64,000 nt of DNA. Origin: Diadema antillarum. Its lineage: Eukaryota. The notes under the pieces are model-generated. The model was not told the DNA's origin, did no database searches, and saw only the letters and a program-made list of their open reading frames with translations. Below, piece after piece: positions 1-13,197 of this stretch. The position numbers and the translations under genes were made by a program. Position 1 is the first letter of the stretch, and every line of letters begins with the position of its first letter. The DNA is taken from assembly GCF_040938485.1 (NCBI RefSeq), contig NW_027270979.1, forward strand, positions 434,001 to 498,000, read 5' to 3'.

Positions 1-3000
1 TTTGTCGAATCATTTGGGGGAACGTGTGGAGAATCTACTCCTACTCTCTATCTCGCTCTCACTCACTTCCTCTGTTACTATACACTGTAATTGTGTAATC
101 AAATGAAAATCAGCAGAGGTTCTCGATTTGATTGAATCGTTAACTCTTCAGTGGAGGCATAATATTTGATTTCACTGTCATCTCTCTCTCTCATTTTCTA
201 ACTCTCTACTCTCCCACATTCTACCCCTTACATATCACTTACTACATTAGGAATGATTGTGACTTTCTTCTTTTCCTACTGTTTCAGCTGTAACGAGTGT
301 ACACTGAAAAAAAACCACACACAACAACAACCAAAGTCCACAGTGGCACCACTGTTTAACATGGCTGACACACTATAGAGATATGTATGAACAATAGTAG
401 ATATCAGTAGTCAAAACGCATCAATGCTGCAACATACTAACATTACATTACAAGAGAGCTCTATGATAGATAGGCACAACTTTACCTGCATGCAGATCAA
501 AAAACATACTGGTACACTGTTTGTTTGTTTGTTTTGTTTTGTTTTTAAGCATATGTCATAGGCAAAATCATATTTTGGTTCACAATTTACGAAACTGCAC
601 ATATCTCACATGCCAAATCACGTTTCAGAAAACATATCTTTCATTTTGAAAAGCATACACCTTTTCTAATTTGTGATGAAGAAAAGAAATGATATGATAT
701 AGGAACATTAGGTGGCAGCTGGGGACATGAGGTACCTAGGGCATGGATTCTCCAAAGTGTTTCTCCCTGCCACTATTTTATATAATGGATGTTATTGCAT
801 TATAAACTTGTCTTTTGCAGTAATGGGGTTAATGCATAAATATGTTAACAGTTTGAAGGTATAAGGCATTAAGTCTCTTTTGCTGACTACAAAAAAAAAA
901 AAAGAAGAGGAAATATTGGCTGTATCTAAAAATAAACATTGTGTCATTATAATTGTAGCGCAACATAAAACTGCACCCATGTAAATATGTTTTAAACATT
1001 TGTAAGCAAATTTGTTCAGACCAATTCTTGAAGTAAGCTCAAAGAACTACTGTAAACTTATCAAAATGCAATACATGTACTCCACATAGGATGTAGTGCC
1101 CGAGCACCAAGACTGCTCTAGTCTAAACAATAGAGGGCAGTATGACTTCTGCATCCTGGTTCATTGTGGACATTCACCTAGCCACCATGTGGCACATAAT
1201 GTCAGGCCATCACTTGAGAATGTTCACCTTTGAACCTGTAATGCAGGCAATCCAATGACTTATCAGCTTTTGTTTTGATCATATCCCAGATTCTTTGTCT
1301 GCAATTTTTCTTTTTTTCTTATTTTTTTAAAACAATACCATTATACATCATTGTACTTCACAGTAACCTCGGTTCAACCGATGATCACATTTCATTCATG
1401 TGTAATAAGTTTTTGCATTAAATTGATATATTTGATTTGTGCATAGGGGTCGGGGGGGGGGGGGCATCCCCTTCAACAATTGAAGACAACTGCACATCCC
1501 TAATCCCCTCCCACCTGCCCCACCCCCTCCCCCAAACTCCATTCAAGACTGTTTACATCTATCCAAACTTGCAGTGCACAAAATTTGCAAATCAACATAA
1601 TACAAGAACTACTTTGGGATGATGGTAAAGTTGGATGCTTTTCGCCCAGGTACCTACCTGGCTAACCAGGAGTATAAATCTCTGGCCATGCTTTTTCTTT
1701 GTGAGCAGTCGCCCCGCCTCAGACGCAAACAAACACACACAGCACGGGCGGGCGGCAGAATGGAGCAGGGTGGGGTGGCGCACGAGTCAACCAGTGGAGT
1801 TATATTTCCGAATGCAATATACTAGGTGCAGCTGGTAAGCGAATACCCACTCATCCGCCTCTTCATCACTCCAAATCGATGTTGGCGAGGGTGGCGGGCG
1901 CTTCCGTCACCACGCTATGCCTCACTGTGGCACGCTGCTCCAGATTTTTACGTGCGAGGACCATCTTCCCTTTCACTCACTTTCCTCTCACCGTTTCCAT
2001 GGACACACCCATTGTGATTGTGGCGTCCATCATGTATTCCACTACAGGTGATGCTTCAGTTTGAGCAGTATTATGCAACTGTCATATTATCTCCCTGGAT
2101 TACAGGTCAGATAATGTACAATGTGGTCGGGGAGCACACACTCTCGCATTACTTCACCGCTACTACCGACGACGCAAATAGCTCTTGTTGGGCTTATGAG
2201 ATTCCACAACTATGTGAATGGGCATCTGGCAGCACTAAGCCAACACACTCTCACTCTCTCTCTCCTTACACTATCCAGTATGAAGTGTATTCCCTATAAG
2301 ATAGCAATTGGTTCTGACAGTGAGAACACTCTTAATGATTTTGTCAAAATTTGATAGTGATGACAACAAAAGTGCTACCAAGAGAACAATGAGTTTTCTA
2401 AGAAAAACAACTTAAAGAAAGAAAGACTGACCATATATGGTAACAATGAATACAATTATGTTACACTTTCAATCGTACATCAACATAGTAACCACACTAA
2501 TTTAGATAGTTTGTTGAACAAACACGATAAAGGAATGATTATTGAGCATAGTATGGATTTGTAAGTGCATGTAGAATAGTGCTCAGGATTGTTTGTATAG
2601 TAATATCAGAATATCTGTATAGTCAATAAATGCATTTGTGATTACTTTGAGATTATCAAGTAGCACAAGTTTTATAATATTTAATCACTGGCAACTTTTC
2701 AGGATAGAGAGAATGAAAAGATGATGAAAAGGAAGACACAAAAAGGGACCAAAAGAAGATGGAAAGAAAGATGAAAGAGAACAAGGATATAAGGATAATT
2801 ATGATGATAATGATGTCGATACTAAGGATAATGATGATGGTGATGATATTAAACGATGCAAATCTCAATCAATTCATTTAATCAAAGGAAATATCCACAA
2901 AACCAATGGCAAGAGGGATGGAATTCATGATCAACTCATGCTCTCTGCACTACGACTGAATCAATTCGTGCTGAACCAATGGAGAATCGACTGGTTTGTC

Positions 3001-5296
3001 CGAAACACTTCTGTGGTTAACAGAACATCACACAAGGAAAGGACTGCCGAAGAGAGAGTATGGTTTATTACTGGGAGATCGAGAGAGTGAGAGAGTGATC
3101 GCAGAAACCTGTCAGAATGACAGCAGCTAAGGCGAAGAAAAAGAGGCCTCTGCCATTAAGAGTTCCAGAAATCCTGCCGGCATCTGCCTGCACCCGCTCC
3201 TTCTGAAAAACCCGGATAATGAGGTTCACCGAAGCTATGTCACATCACGGCCCGGGCACGGCTTATACGACCCCCCGCTGCCGCCACAGACAACGAACGA
3301 ACGGACGGACGGACAGCCTGCCTGGTGGAAAGACTGTTTACAGACTCAACCGTTTCAGACCCCCCAATAACATCACCAGTCTGCCTCCTCGACTTGACAG
3401 GTCCCGCCAAAAAACAAGGTGTGATCGTTATCCAGAGGAATTAATTCCACTAAGATCCAGCGGGAGGAGTCGATATCCAATGCGCAAACCCGGCGTTGGT
3501 GGCAACGGCGGCCGTGATTGCCTTGCCATCAAAACAAGTGCTGTCGATGAGCACGTAAAATCCTTGCGTTCAAGTCACTCTTCAGCGCTACACGTGCATT
3601 GACAAACACTTCACTGATTCTTGGTAATCGCTTCTGCAATTTTTTTTTCCTCTCCCGCTCAGCAGCATCTCTCTCTCTCCCTCTCTCCATCTCTTTCCTT
3701 CTCTTACCTCCATCTCTTATTACTACATTCTGGCTGTATCGGCCGCAGCAGCTGTGTGTGTATGTGTGTGTGTGTGTCAGTATGTATTAGAGTGAGTGGC
3801 ATTACTTTCCAGTGATCTCTCCTCTCTTTCCCCTTCCTTCTGTCTATCTTTATTTTTCTCTGTCTTCCTGTTTCTTACTCCCTCTCCTCTCTCTCTCTCT
3901 CCCCCTCTTTCTCTTTATGCCTCTCAACCTTTCTTAAGATGTCTTTTTCTGTCCTTCGTGTCGTTCTTTCCACCTTTTATCTCTGCTGAAAAATGCCAAT
4001 GCCGGGGAAATTGGTAACACCACTCACATGGGGTGGATACACATGGCACTGATTGATTCACAGAGATGCAGAAAAACCCCAACCTACTTGTCTTCTTTGG
4101 TAGAAGGAGAGAGAGGGAGAGAGGAGGAGATGGGCAGAGAGGAAGAGAAAAGAATAAGTGGCAACTAGTCAGAAGAATCTCCTCTTTTAATACTGATTCA
4201 AGGAAAGGGCTGCGTATAACATGACTGTGTGACGTTGTCTACAGGGGGGAAATGGTTATCGGGGGTGAAATGTGGAAGAAAACAACTGGGCTGTTACCAA
4301 GCAACAACTTCCTTGACATCATTGTTCTTAAGAGGTCGTGCCAAACACTGCTCAATGGCACCCCAATGAATAAAATTTTCTCGCAATTTGTAGGATTTTT
4401 ATCAAGATCTTTTTAGACCTGACGACAAACCCCTGACTTTCATTCCACATAAATTTCTGTGTTTCACATTCTGATCATTAACAGATGTACTTCTTGGCAT
4501 ACTAATAGTCAAGATGATTTGGTTACTACATGAGATTTTTTTTTTCTTTCACAGAATGCGCTTTCAAATGATGTATGTTTAAAATTTCAATAAATACACA
4601 ACTGTGCTAGGAATGCTGAAGTGAAAACTGACATATTCAAATCAAACTTATCCTCATGTTTACCATCAGCACATCATCTAGCAAAGATACCTGTGCAAGT
4701 ATAACATCACCATCACAGGTATTTGACTTAGATGTCTTGCATGATAGCCTAATGTACTCTGAACATACAACAAAACTAACAATAATGGGTTGTTCTCCGC
4801 TTTCTACTGGAGAGTTATCATTTTGTGCTTCCAAAAATCAGTATCAACATAGCCAGTCCTCAATAAGTCTTTCTCGCCAGGAATAGGGGAGACAACTCTT
4901 CTTCCAAAAATGTGAAACTTGCCATGTAGAAAACAAGCAAATAACAAACATGCAATGGTAGAGTCATAACAACCACGATGGTTCTTTGTGGCCCTAAATG
5001 AAAAAAGACACTATTGAATGGAAAAACAAATAGAGAGAGAAAAACAAATGCATTACCATTCTAGTGATGGTCTCAACTTTCTTGATATTTATCCATTTTT
5101 AGCTCACATTTCCACCGCTCTGATCTTCTCCTTTTTTTTTACTCACTGTTAAAATTATCAACTCACACAGGAAGCATGACAGAAAGGTGCAGCTGCTATT
5201 AAGAACACAGGAAAAGCAATGTCATTCATAATAGATAGAATTAACAATAAGCAGAAAATTAGTGCAAAAATGCATAAGTCACAAAGAGTAATCAGC

Positions 5297-5526
5297 TACT
5301 GTAAACGCAGATATTTTTGCGGTACATTAATTTTTGCCTATTTCACACTATATTTGGCTAGCCCGTGAATTCTAAAATCTGAAGAAAAAAAAAAATCTTC
5401 AGAATTTTGTCTGCACATTTTGTACAGGTTGACAATTGCGCAGCGCGAATTCAAGAACCCGCTAATATGGTTTTGAGCCACTCTGCAAGAAAAATTTATC
5501 ACACAAAAATGTCAACATTTCCAGTA
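5297..5526. mobile_element. TA-flanked Tc2/pogo-like MITE (TACTGTA family)
   Basis: TACTGTAAA...TTTCCAGTA termini; internal motifs shared with the other copies. Confidence 0.7.
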
Positions 5527-6510
5527 TATGAACCTTTCATCCACTTTGATCCACGGAGATTCTTCTGAATTGAAGTCTCAATTTCCATGCTCATTTGCTA
5601 GCCCCTAAATTCAACCGGGAAAATCTCCCCACTTTCTGGTTCAATCCTGACCAGCTATCAAAATAAGGCCTCACATGTCCTAATAAATGCGGCGTAATAT
5701 TGCACTGTATCACACCCACAACCACAGTCACTCACAAGATGCACATATATTCCTTGACATGACACTGATAGCATGCATTCAGTAATCAAAATTGGTAATA
5801 AGATCGCACGGAGAGTGCAGTCCACTTGGCGTGACCACAAACTATCCAATAGGTCTGCGTCTGAAACCATTCGCCATTCCTCTCACCAGCCTCCAATCCC
5901 CCCCCCCCCCAAGTCACCACTACCACTTTCATCATACACAGGACAAGATTTTGTTTCCTTTGGCTGTGCCATTGCTTGCATTGGGTCTAATGGCACCACG
6001 GTTTACATCCGTGAATTCAGGAGGGTTAGTTCCTAATGGGAGAAAAACCTCAGATGAAGACCTAGTATCAAATGGACCCTCTGACACCACAGTTTCAGGT
6101 ATCAATAGGAAAACAAGTGATATCTCTAGCCATAGTTCATCAAAATTTACAAGTGCAACTGTCTCCATTTTTCTTTCCATCACAACCTCTCCATAACTTT
6201 TCACATGCAACACAAGAGAAATGAGTGACTTTTTCCAGAGTTGGTTGATCAACGTACTGAAATATTTTAAGGGCAGCTAATAATGGCAGCCTCTGGAAAA
6301 TATTTCTCATTTGCTTTGGACAAAGACAGCACTACAGAGAATTTTCATCATGATTCATTTCAAATATTTGTGACATGAGGTCATTGCATCACCTTTCAAA
6401 CTGTACTGAGTAGTATAGCAGAAAAGGCATTCCTTAGAGGAGGGGGAAAAAAGATATACGGGATAAAACCAATTTCATGTGACGGTTTATGAAGAATCTT
6501 AATCTTATAC

Positions 6511-6619
6511 CAGCAAGCTCATATCTATGACACTGTTCTGTGGTCTTCAATAGGACCGCTGCCATGTCACATGACTCGGTAAGGTCAAACACAATCACAT
6601 CCATGGTACTTATCACATT
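6511..6619 (-). CDS. Internal coding exon (NVISTMDVIVFDLTESCDMAAVLLKTTEQCHRYELA), phase 0-1
   Basis: Acceptor aaattctaacag| and donor CTG|gtataa. Only frame 0 is open over 109 nt. Confidence 0.45.
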
Positions 6620-6733
6620 CTGTTAGAATTTGCATCTCTGTTTTGTGTATAAATGGGATATTTTTTGTAGTATAATTCTTCTACACAAGATACATCACAT
6701 CAAGCATTATTGGGTTCCCTGGGCACATTCTAC

Positions 6734-7101
6734 TTAAAGACATAATTTACCATTTGCAGATAAAACAAAAACCCAGCAATAGTGATTCAAAATAGTTCTA
6801 AAATGTGAGTTAGGGATAGAAACAACAGCTGTGAACATTTGAATCCGTATTATTATCAATGTTAAGTATTGTCAAATACACAAAATGGGAACAAAAGTTA
6901 TAATAAAATGTTTCCACACTAAACCGCCTACAGTTATGGTTTATTACGAAAAATACTGTTATCTCCTTATATTTTAGGCTTTATTGTGAAAAATTTATAT
7001 GGTAGGATGTTTTGTGATACAACAGACCTACACATACGCATCGAATGTGTTATCTTGAAAAAATTTTAGTCACTGCTCCTGAAGGTAAACTGGACCTTTA
7101 A
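6734..7101. mobile_element. Kolobok-like MITE (TTAA TSD)
   Basis: TTAAAGACATAATTTACC...GGTAAACTGGACCTTTAA. Confidence 0.65.
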
Positions 7102-7261
7102 CATTTTGGGAAAGCCCTAGGGATAAAGCTCACTAGCTTTTCAGTGGAGCAATCAAAAATTATGACCATCTAATGACTGATAATCCAACTTTTATATTAT
7201 TTGAGAGAAGAAACAATCGTCAAATATAATTCATATTTCATATGATAGATGTCATACATAA

Positions 7262-7420
7262 GGCACTGTGACTCGGTGTTTAAAACCACCGACACTAAAT
7301 CCTGAGGTCGCTGGTTCAAGTTCATCAGCAGTGCCATTTCTGCCTTTCGGCAAGGCACTTTGTTCACATTACCTAGTTGCTCAGGACTGGACATAAAAGC
7401 TGTTCATCCTGTGGCTGCTT
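7262..7420 (+). mobile_element. tRNA-derived SINE (Pol III head plus CORE-like body), degenerate
   Basis: A-box-like TGACTCGGTG, B-box-like GGTTCAAGTTC, then gtgcc...ggcaaggcactt. Confidence 0.65.
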
Positions 7421-8139
7421 TCTCATATATTAGCATCCATTTGCTTCCTTTGCAGCCACAGAATGTAAAATGAATCAAAAACTCTAAAAATTGAATTTCA
7501 GTTTTTATGAAATCTCAATGCATTCCTTGCAGTGGAAAATGATTTTACAAAAATCCAATCTCAATATTTGTCATAGAATCTCATCGCATCATTCTTAGCA
7601 ACGAAAAGGATTTTACAAATGGTGATACATGTATGCTAACAGCAAAACTATTAATATCGAAGTATGTATCGACGTGGGGGGGGGGGGGGGGGGACACATG
7701 ACTGCCACGTGTAACCTCGGTGCAACAAGCGAGGGCAGAAGAACAATGAACATCCCTCCGGGCACGTATCCCGAGTCAGGAATGCAAGATCAAGGTCAGC
7801 CAGTAATATGCTGCATGTTTCAGTATAACCCCTCCCCCTCCTCCCCCCCCCCCCCCCTCTTTAACAACTTCCAATCTCTTCTTACAAAACCAGGAGCACA
7901 TCCACACACATCTCTCTTTCATTCACAGATATTATCTCTGTTACATTGTGTTCCCCCCCCCCCCCCAGCATTATCAGTCCCTCTCTTTTTCTCTCCCTCA
8001 TTCGGTCTATTCATCTATCTGTCTGTCTGTCTGTCTGTCTGTCTCTCCTTCTCTCTCTATCTCGCACTCACTTTTTGTTTTTTTTCTGAATGTCTCTCAT
8101 CCATGCATACTGGTCAACTTGTTACAAACCTTAGCTTAC

Positions 8140-8155
8140 CTTCTTCTGGTTTTGA
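8140..8155 (-). CDS. 16-nt micro-exon (SQNQKK), phase 2-0
   Basis: Long pyrimidine-rich acceptor ending tatcatcag| and consensus donor AAG|gtaagc. It supplies the phase change needed between 12710-12785 and 6511-6619. Confidence 0.45.
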
Positions 8156-9323
8156 CTGATGATACATAATCAAGACAGAGAAAAATAAAGTTTATCAGAA
8201 TGATTTTTTGTTGTTGTTTCCCCACAGTTGGCAGTGAAAACAAGAGCGTCCTACTGTTAACAAGGAATACGCACTTAAGGGATCAAGTTCCTCTACAGGC
8301 AAATAGTTTATATGAGATAACAGATTAAGTTGAACATTATATTTCTTCCTGAATTCCTAAATATTTCAATTTGCCTACAAACTTACACAGCTGCATTAAA
8401 AGGTAAAATTATAATCATCCACTATCAAGACCTCAAACAATCTTTTGACTTCAGTGCCTGTAATCCCTAAAGGATGTAAAGCATGTGTAAAACAACAAAA
8501 ATGAGTCTGTTTCCACTGAAAGCGAATCATCTTCGAAAGTGCTGAAATGAAACAAAATACACGAACATTTTAAGATCTACTGTAGATTTACTAAACAAAA
8601 TTGGAATTCAGAGATGAAAGGCTTTAAACTTGCATCAACTGTGCAAAATTTCCTTACACACAATGCAGTAAAGGACAAACAGAATTTGCATCTCACAGAG
8701 TTGCTTTGAGTCTAAAGAAATAAGATACATCCTCTCATATCTGTCATATGAATAGACTTTTTTTTTTCCATCGTAAGTAATGGATCAAATACTGTTTTTT
8801 TCTTTCCAGGACAAATTGGTCACACTTATTCTTGCTCATCAATAATCAAACCCTCCTTAGCTTCTTCTCAACAATCCCCTCATAAACAGAGATTACTTTT
8901 ATGGTTTGTTTTTTGTTCTTGAAATTGGGACTCGTTATCAGCTTTTAATGACAAGCATACCAAGATGTAAATGCTTAATGACAAATCCAGATGGCAAGAA
9001 AGCTGAAAGGACTGTCCCTTTACTTTAGTCAATGCCCCGTTCACATTCTCTCCTCAGCCTACTTTTATGAGGATGTCTCTATCCATAGTTGGGGGGTGTC
9101 CATGTACAGTGTGAACATGAGAAGGTGAATAACACTCGTGATATTGACATCCCACAGTAATTGACACAGCCAACATGCCAAGCTTCTCACATTCCTTTCT
9201 TTGGGGCACTGCTGGATCAATAGAATGTAAATGTCTTGTTTTTCCCAGGAGGGTGTGTTATTGGAGTCCATAAACTTGATCACCTATCTTTAAAGTATCT
9301 CTACTCTACCTATTTCCAGGTTT

Positions 9324-9356
9324 CTCCTTCTTCTCCCCTCCTCCTCCTTCTCCTCC

Positions 9357-9391
<35 letters not shown>

Positions 9392-9430
9392 CTTCTCCTC
9401 CTCCTCCTCCTCCTCCTCCTCCTCTTCCCT
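9324..9430. repeat. (CCT)n trinucleotide / pure pyrimidine tract
   Basis: Directly visible, about 105 bp. Confidence 0.95.
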
Positions 9431-12327
9431 TCATTATTTCATCGTGTCTCCTTGTGGGTGGTGATATTTTTTGTTTAGAGTGTTATTTACCTTTTTTTTA
9501 TGTGCCCTCCTTCTCTTATTTGTTTTTCCAAAAACACGCTCAGTTAAGTTCACATCTGAAATTCTATCCTCTTTTTTCCCCCGGCCTTCACTTATTTTGT
9601 TTTTCTCTCTTCAAACTATCCTACAACTATGAACATGGGAAAAAAAGGGGGCGGGGGGGGGGTGGGGGGGGGGAGGTGAGAATGATTTCCCTGTACCCTA
9701 TGACACTAGCAAATCCACTACTTCTGTATGCAATGAATCAATTTCATTTGAAGTCAAATGAAAACTTTAAATCAAATGCGTTCATTCATTGCAGCGCAAT
9801 CACTATCAAAACATGTTTACCAGTGAGTGCATTAATTGACAAAACGCCACTGTCGGGGCACGTTTTTGTTTTCATGTTACATTTAACCCACGAGTGGTGT
9901 GCAGGCTTGCGTTAATGATGCATCACTAACGTGGCACGGCAAACCACCTTTTGCATAATTACGAGCCCCTTTTCTCGCTTCCCTCATGCATGCGCACGTT
10001 CTGTTCGTCTTCCTCATCCCCCCCCCCCCCCCCCACCCCCCCCCCGTAATCCCAAGACAGTTTACTGAATTTTTTCTCTTTCTTTTTCGTGCATAAAATA
10101 CATCATGACTGCGCAAGGCAAATCAGTATCTGAGGTGAAACTGTCATATGACTCTGGCATGACATCCATAAGACATCGGGATGACAAGCCAATGTTCATC
10201 TGATGTCTGTAAGACATGTCTAGTCTTGCAGACGAATAAGCCCCTCAAAGGGACGAGTGCGCGGGCAACTCACGCCCACAAAGATATTAATTTTTATTGC
10301 AGAGAGCTTACGCGAACAATCCCATTACTGCTCGACAAATGGGGTGATGTAAATTATACACCTTACTGTCTTCCTAGCAAAATTCCTCATCTTTCCTAGA
10401 ACTCTGGTGGCTGTGTATTCTAGATAGATATAATTACACACGAATCAGTGGAGTAAGTGGATGAGAAGCTGATATCTATCCAATGGCCAACATGGTTCCA
10501 GAAATACTTTGCACACACCAGAATTTGCCTGCATTATTATTTTTTCTTTCATGCCATATCATTGAAGACATTAGCGTTCTATGTCATTTGTTTCCTTGAA
10601 AACTGTAGTGAAACAATCATCAAATCATTGTTAACTCTGTTAATGTATTGTCCATATATTCATATGTGACCACCATCACCAAAAAGAAAAATGATCAGAG
10701 TGTGCTTGCTTTGTTTCTAGCCACAACAATCCACGTTTCAATTTTTACCTGCATGAAAAACCGCATGGTAAAATTTTAACAGAACAAAAAAAATGCTTCA
10801 TCATTCAAGGAACAGAAGTTAGGACTCTGGGCAATTTCAAGTTCAAGATGGCCCGGCCAGTCGCCGGAAAGATTCGCTGAATAATTTACAGGACATCTAT
10901 GTTTACGGGTAATAAGTGCTGCTCTTCTGAATAAATACGATGAGACGAGAAGTCTGGAGTGAATCAGACTATTGGCAAACACAGGGAGACGGATATATTT
11001 CCTTTTTCCGCTCGCTCTCTTTTCTCTCCCTCTCTTCTCCCATCTTCCATTGCTTACTTCTGTTTTCCCTCGCACTCCTTCAAGCGCTTTATGCCCACTC
11101 ATTTAATAATACATGATTCTGAGTCGCCGCAAATTGACATGCGGACCGGCGGAGATGCTATCGAAATCAATCACGGTGCAAAGTGTCGCATCGGCGGTGA
11201 TCATGATGCTTGAGAGTTGTTATACAATACCCTTGTCTCTCTCTCCCTCCATGCATTGTCTCCACGGAGGCATTATCATTTGAAAGGGAAAAACACACAA
11301 TATGAAGGGAATATTCATATTTCCTTTTTCACTTGTAATCCTTACTAGTTCTAAAATGCTTCCTGTAGTACACACAGCCATGAACCAACACACACACACA
11401 TCTACACACTCACAATCTTATAACACATGATCAATATACATACACACATACATAGACACATACAATGTACACTCATGCATACATACAGTACATATTCATA
11501 TATATGTATGTTAATATACTTAAACATGTGCATGTTTATATACTTATTCACTCATTCATATTCATTCATTCATTCATTCATTCACACATACTCATCAAAT
11601 ACTTCGAATCATTAAGATTTATGTTTTCTGTCATCCTGCCCATGCCTTAATTACAAGTCCTTTTTAACAGATATGTAAATTTCACTCTCTCACTCACTCT
11701 CATGAAAACAAACAAACAGAGTAATATCCTTATCTCTCTTTTCTTCCTTCTTGTAACTGACACATCAGATCAGAGAAAAGTACTTATCGGGGCACTAATC
11801 AGAGCTGCAGCCCAAAGCGGACAGCTGAATGGGCTCAAACGCTGCATAATGAATGCTGAAATATCAATTATGCAACCTTTGTGGAGGTCGGGAAATTCTA
11901 CACAAGTAGGCCTACACCGTCATCAAAGCTGTTGTATATGAATGGTCAGTGTTGCCGCCAACAGACCACTGCATACGTTGCAGCTAAGGTCTGGGCACTG
12001 CAGAACGAAGCATTGCAGTGAACTCATTGTTCATCAAAGATGGCATTCAAGGTGAGACTCTAACGGATATGGGATCAAAAGTGTTAGCGATGACATTCTA
12101 AGAGATGCTTTATCATGTTTCATGAATGAATAATTTTGTTTTAAACTTTTGATATTTCCTTACAGTAATGTAAGACAAAAGTGGGCTTCCAGGAATGTGG
12201 AGCATGTTTTTTTGTATGCTCATTTTATCCACGACGATACATAATTTGACATATCCAAACTTCGCTCTGAAACCTCAAAAAAAAAATATCATGACAAGCA
12301 CAGCCTTCATATCATTGGAGATTTAGT

Positions 12328-12500
12328 GGGAGACAGTGTGACCCAGTGGTTAAAGCAACACACTCTCAATCTTAGGGTCTCTGGTTCAAGTCCACAGCAA
12401 CAGTTGTGCCCTCAGACTAGGCAACTTGATCATCCTCACCAAGTTCTGTGGAAGGGAGTTAAATCCGTAGGTGCCTTGGCAGCTTACTCTTAAGCAGCTG
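12328..12500 (+). mobile_element. tRNA-derived SINE, same family as 7262-7420
   Basis: TGACCCAGTGGTTAAAGC...GGTTCAAGTCC head, then gtgccc...ggcaactt. Co-linear with the 7262 copy. Confidence 0.65.
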
Positions 12501-12709
12501 AGCAATTCTTTTGATGACCACATCAAACATGACAAACAAACAAACAAACAAACAAAAAACAGACAAACACACAAAGTATTCCGATATCGTGGAAAATCGT
12601 TTCACACAGAAAGTAACTTACATTGCTTTTACACTCTTTCTTGAGTGTATTGGTTTTGTACATTAAAAAGCTGATCTGAAGTGCTACATATAAAACATGA
12701 TTGTCATAC

Positions 12710-12785
12710 CTTGATTCCTTGTTGTCTGGTTCGTTGTCTCCGTTTTTATCGCCATCATCATTGATTGCTTCGATCAGCTTTTTCC
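12710..12785 (-). CDS. Internal coding exon (GKKLIEAINDDGDKNGDNEPDNKES), phase 1-2
   Basis: Acceptor tgctcttatcctcatacag| and donor AAG|gtatga. 76 nt, acidic, protein-like. A second in-frame donor (AAT|gtaagt) lies about 90 nt further on. Confidence 0.65.
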
Positions 12786-12966
12786 CTGTATGAGGATAAG
12801 AGCAAACAACAAAACACACGCTTAGAGAAACTGTCATATCTCACTACTTTGTGAGGGATATCCCTGCGTACATTTGAAGGCATCTATAGATATGCTGCAC
12901 AAACACAAAAAAAAACAAAACAAAAACATAAGCACACTCGAGCCCTTCAGAGGCCAAACGCAGATA

Positions 12967-13197
12967 TACATAAAACCAGAAACATTGGGGGCATGAAACT
13001 TTCACAAATTGAAGCTGACAACCTTTTTGGTTGCATGTAACTTTCAGGAAATGCCGTCCATGAAAAAAATTACGAGTATACAACAATTATTGGATAAAGT
13101 AGACAAAAACTTTGGCGTATATTTTACTTCCACGAACTGTGGCTCCTAGTGAAATTTGCAAAAGCTTCATGCACGTGAAAACTTTGTGTTTTACAGT
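12967..13197. mobile_element. Degenerate TACTGTA-family MITE
   Basis: Left tacataaaacc, right gtgttttacagt; internal aaatttgcaaaa...cacgtgaaa. Confidence 0.45.

Noticed and set aside
12710-12760. EF-hand-like loop DKNGDNEPDNKE
   Set aside because: Proline at loop position 8, where a hydrophobic residue is expected, and no partner EF-hand or exiting helix. More likely an acidic disordered stretch.
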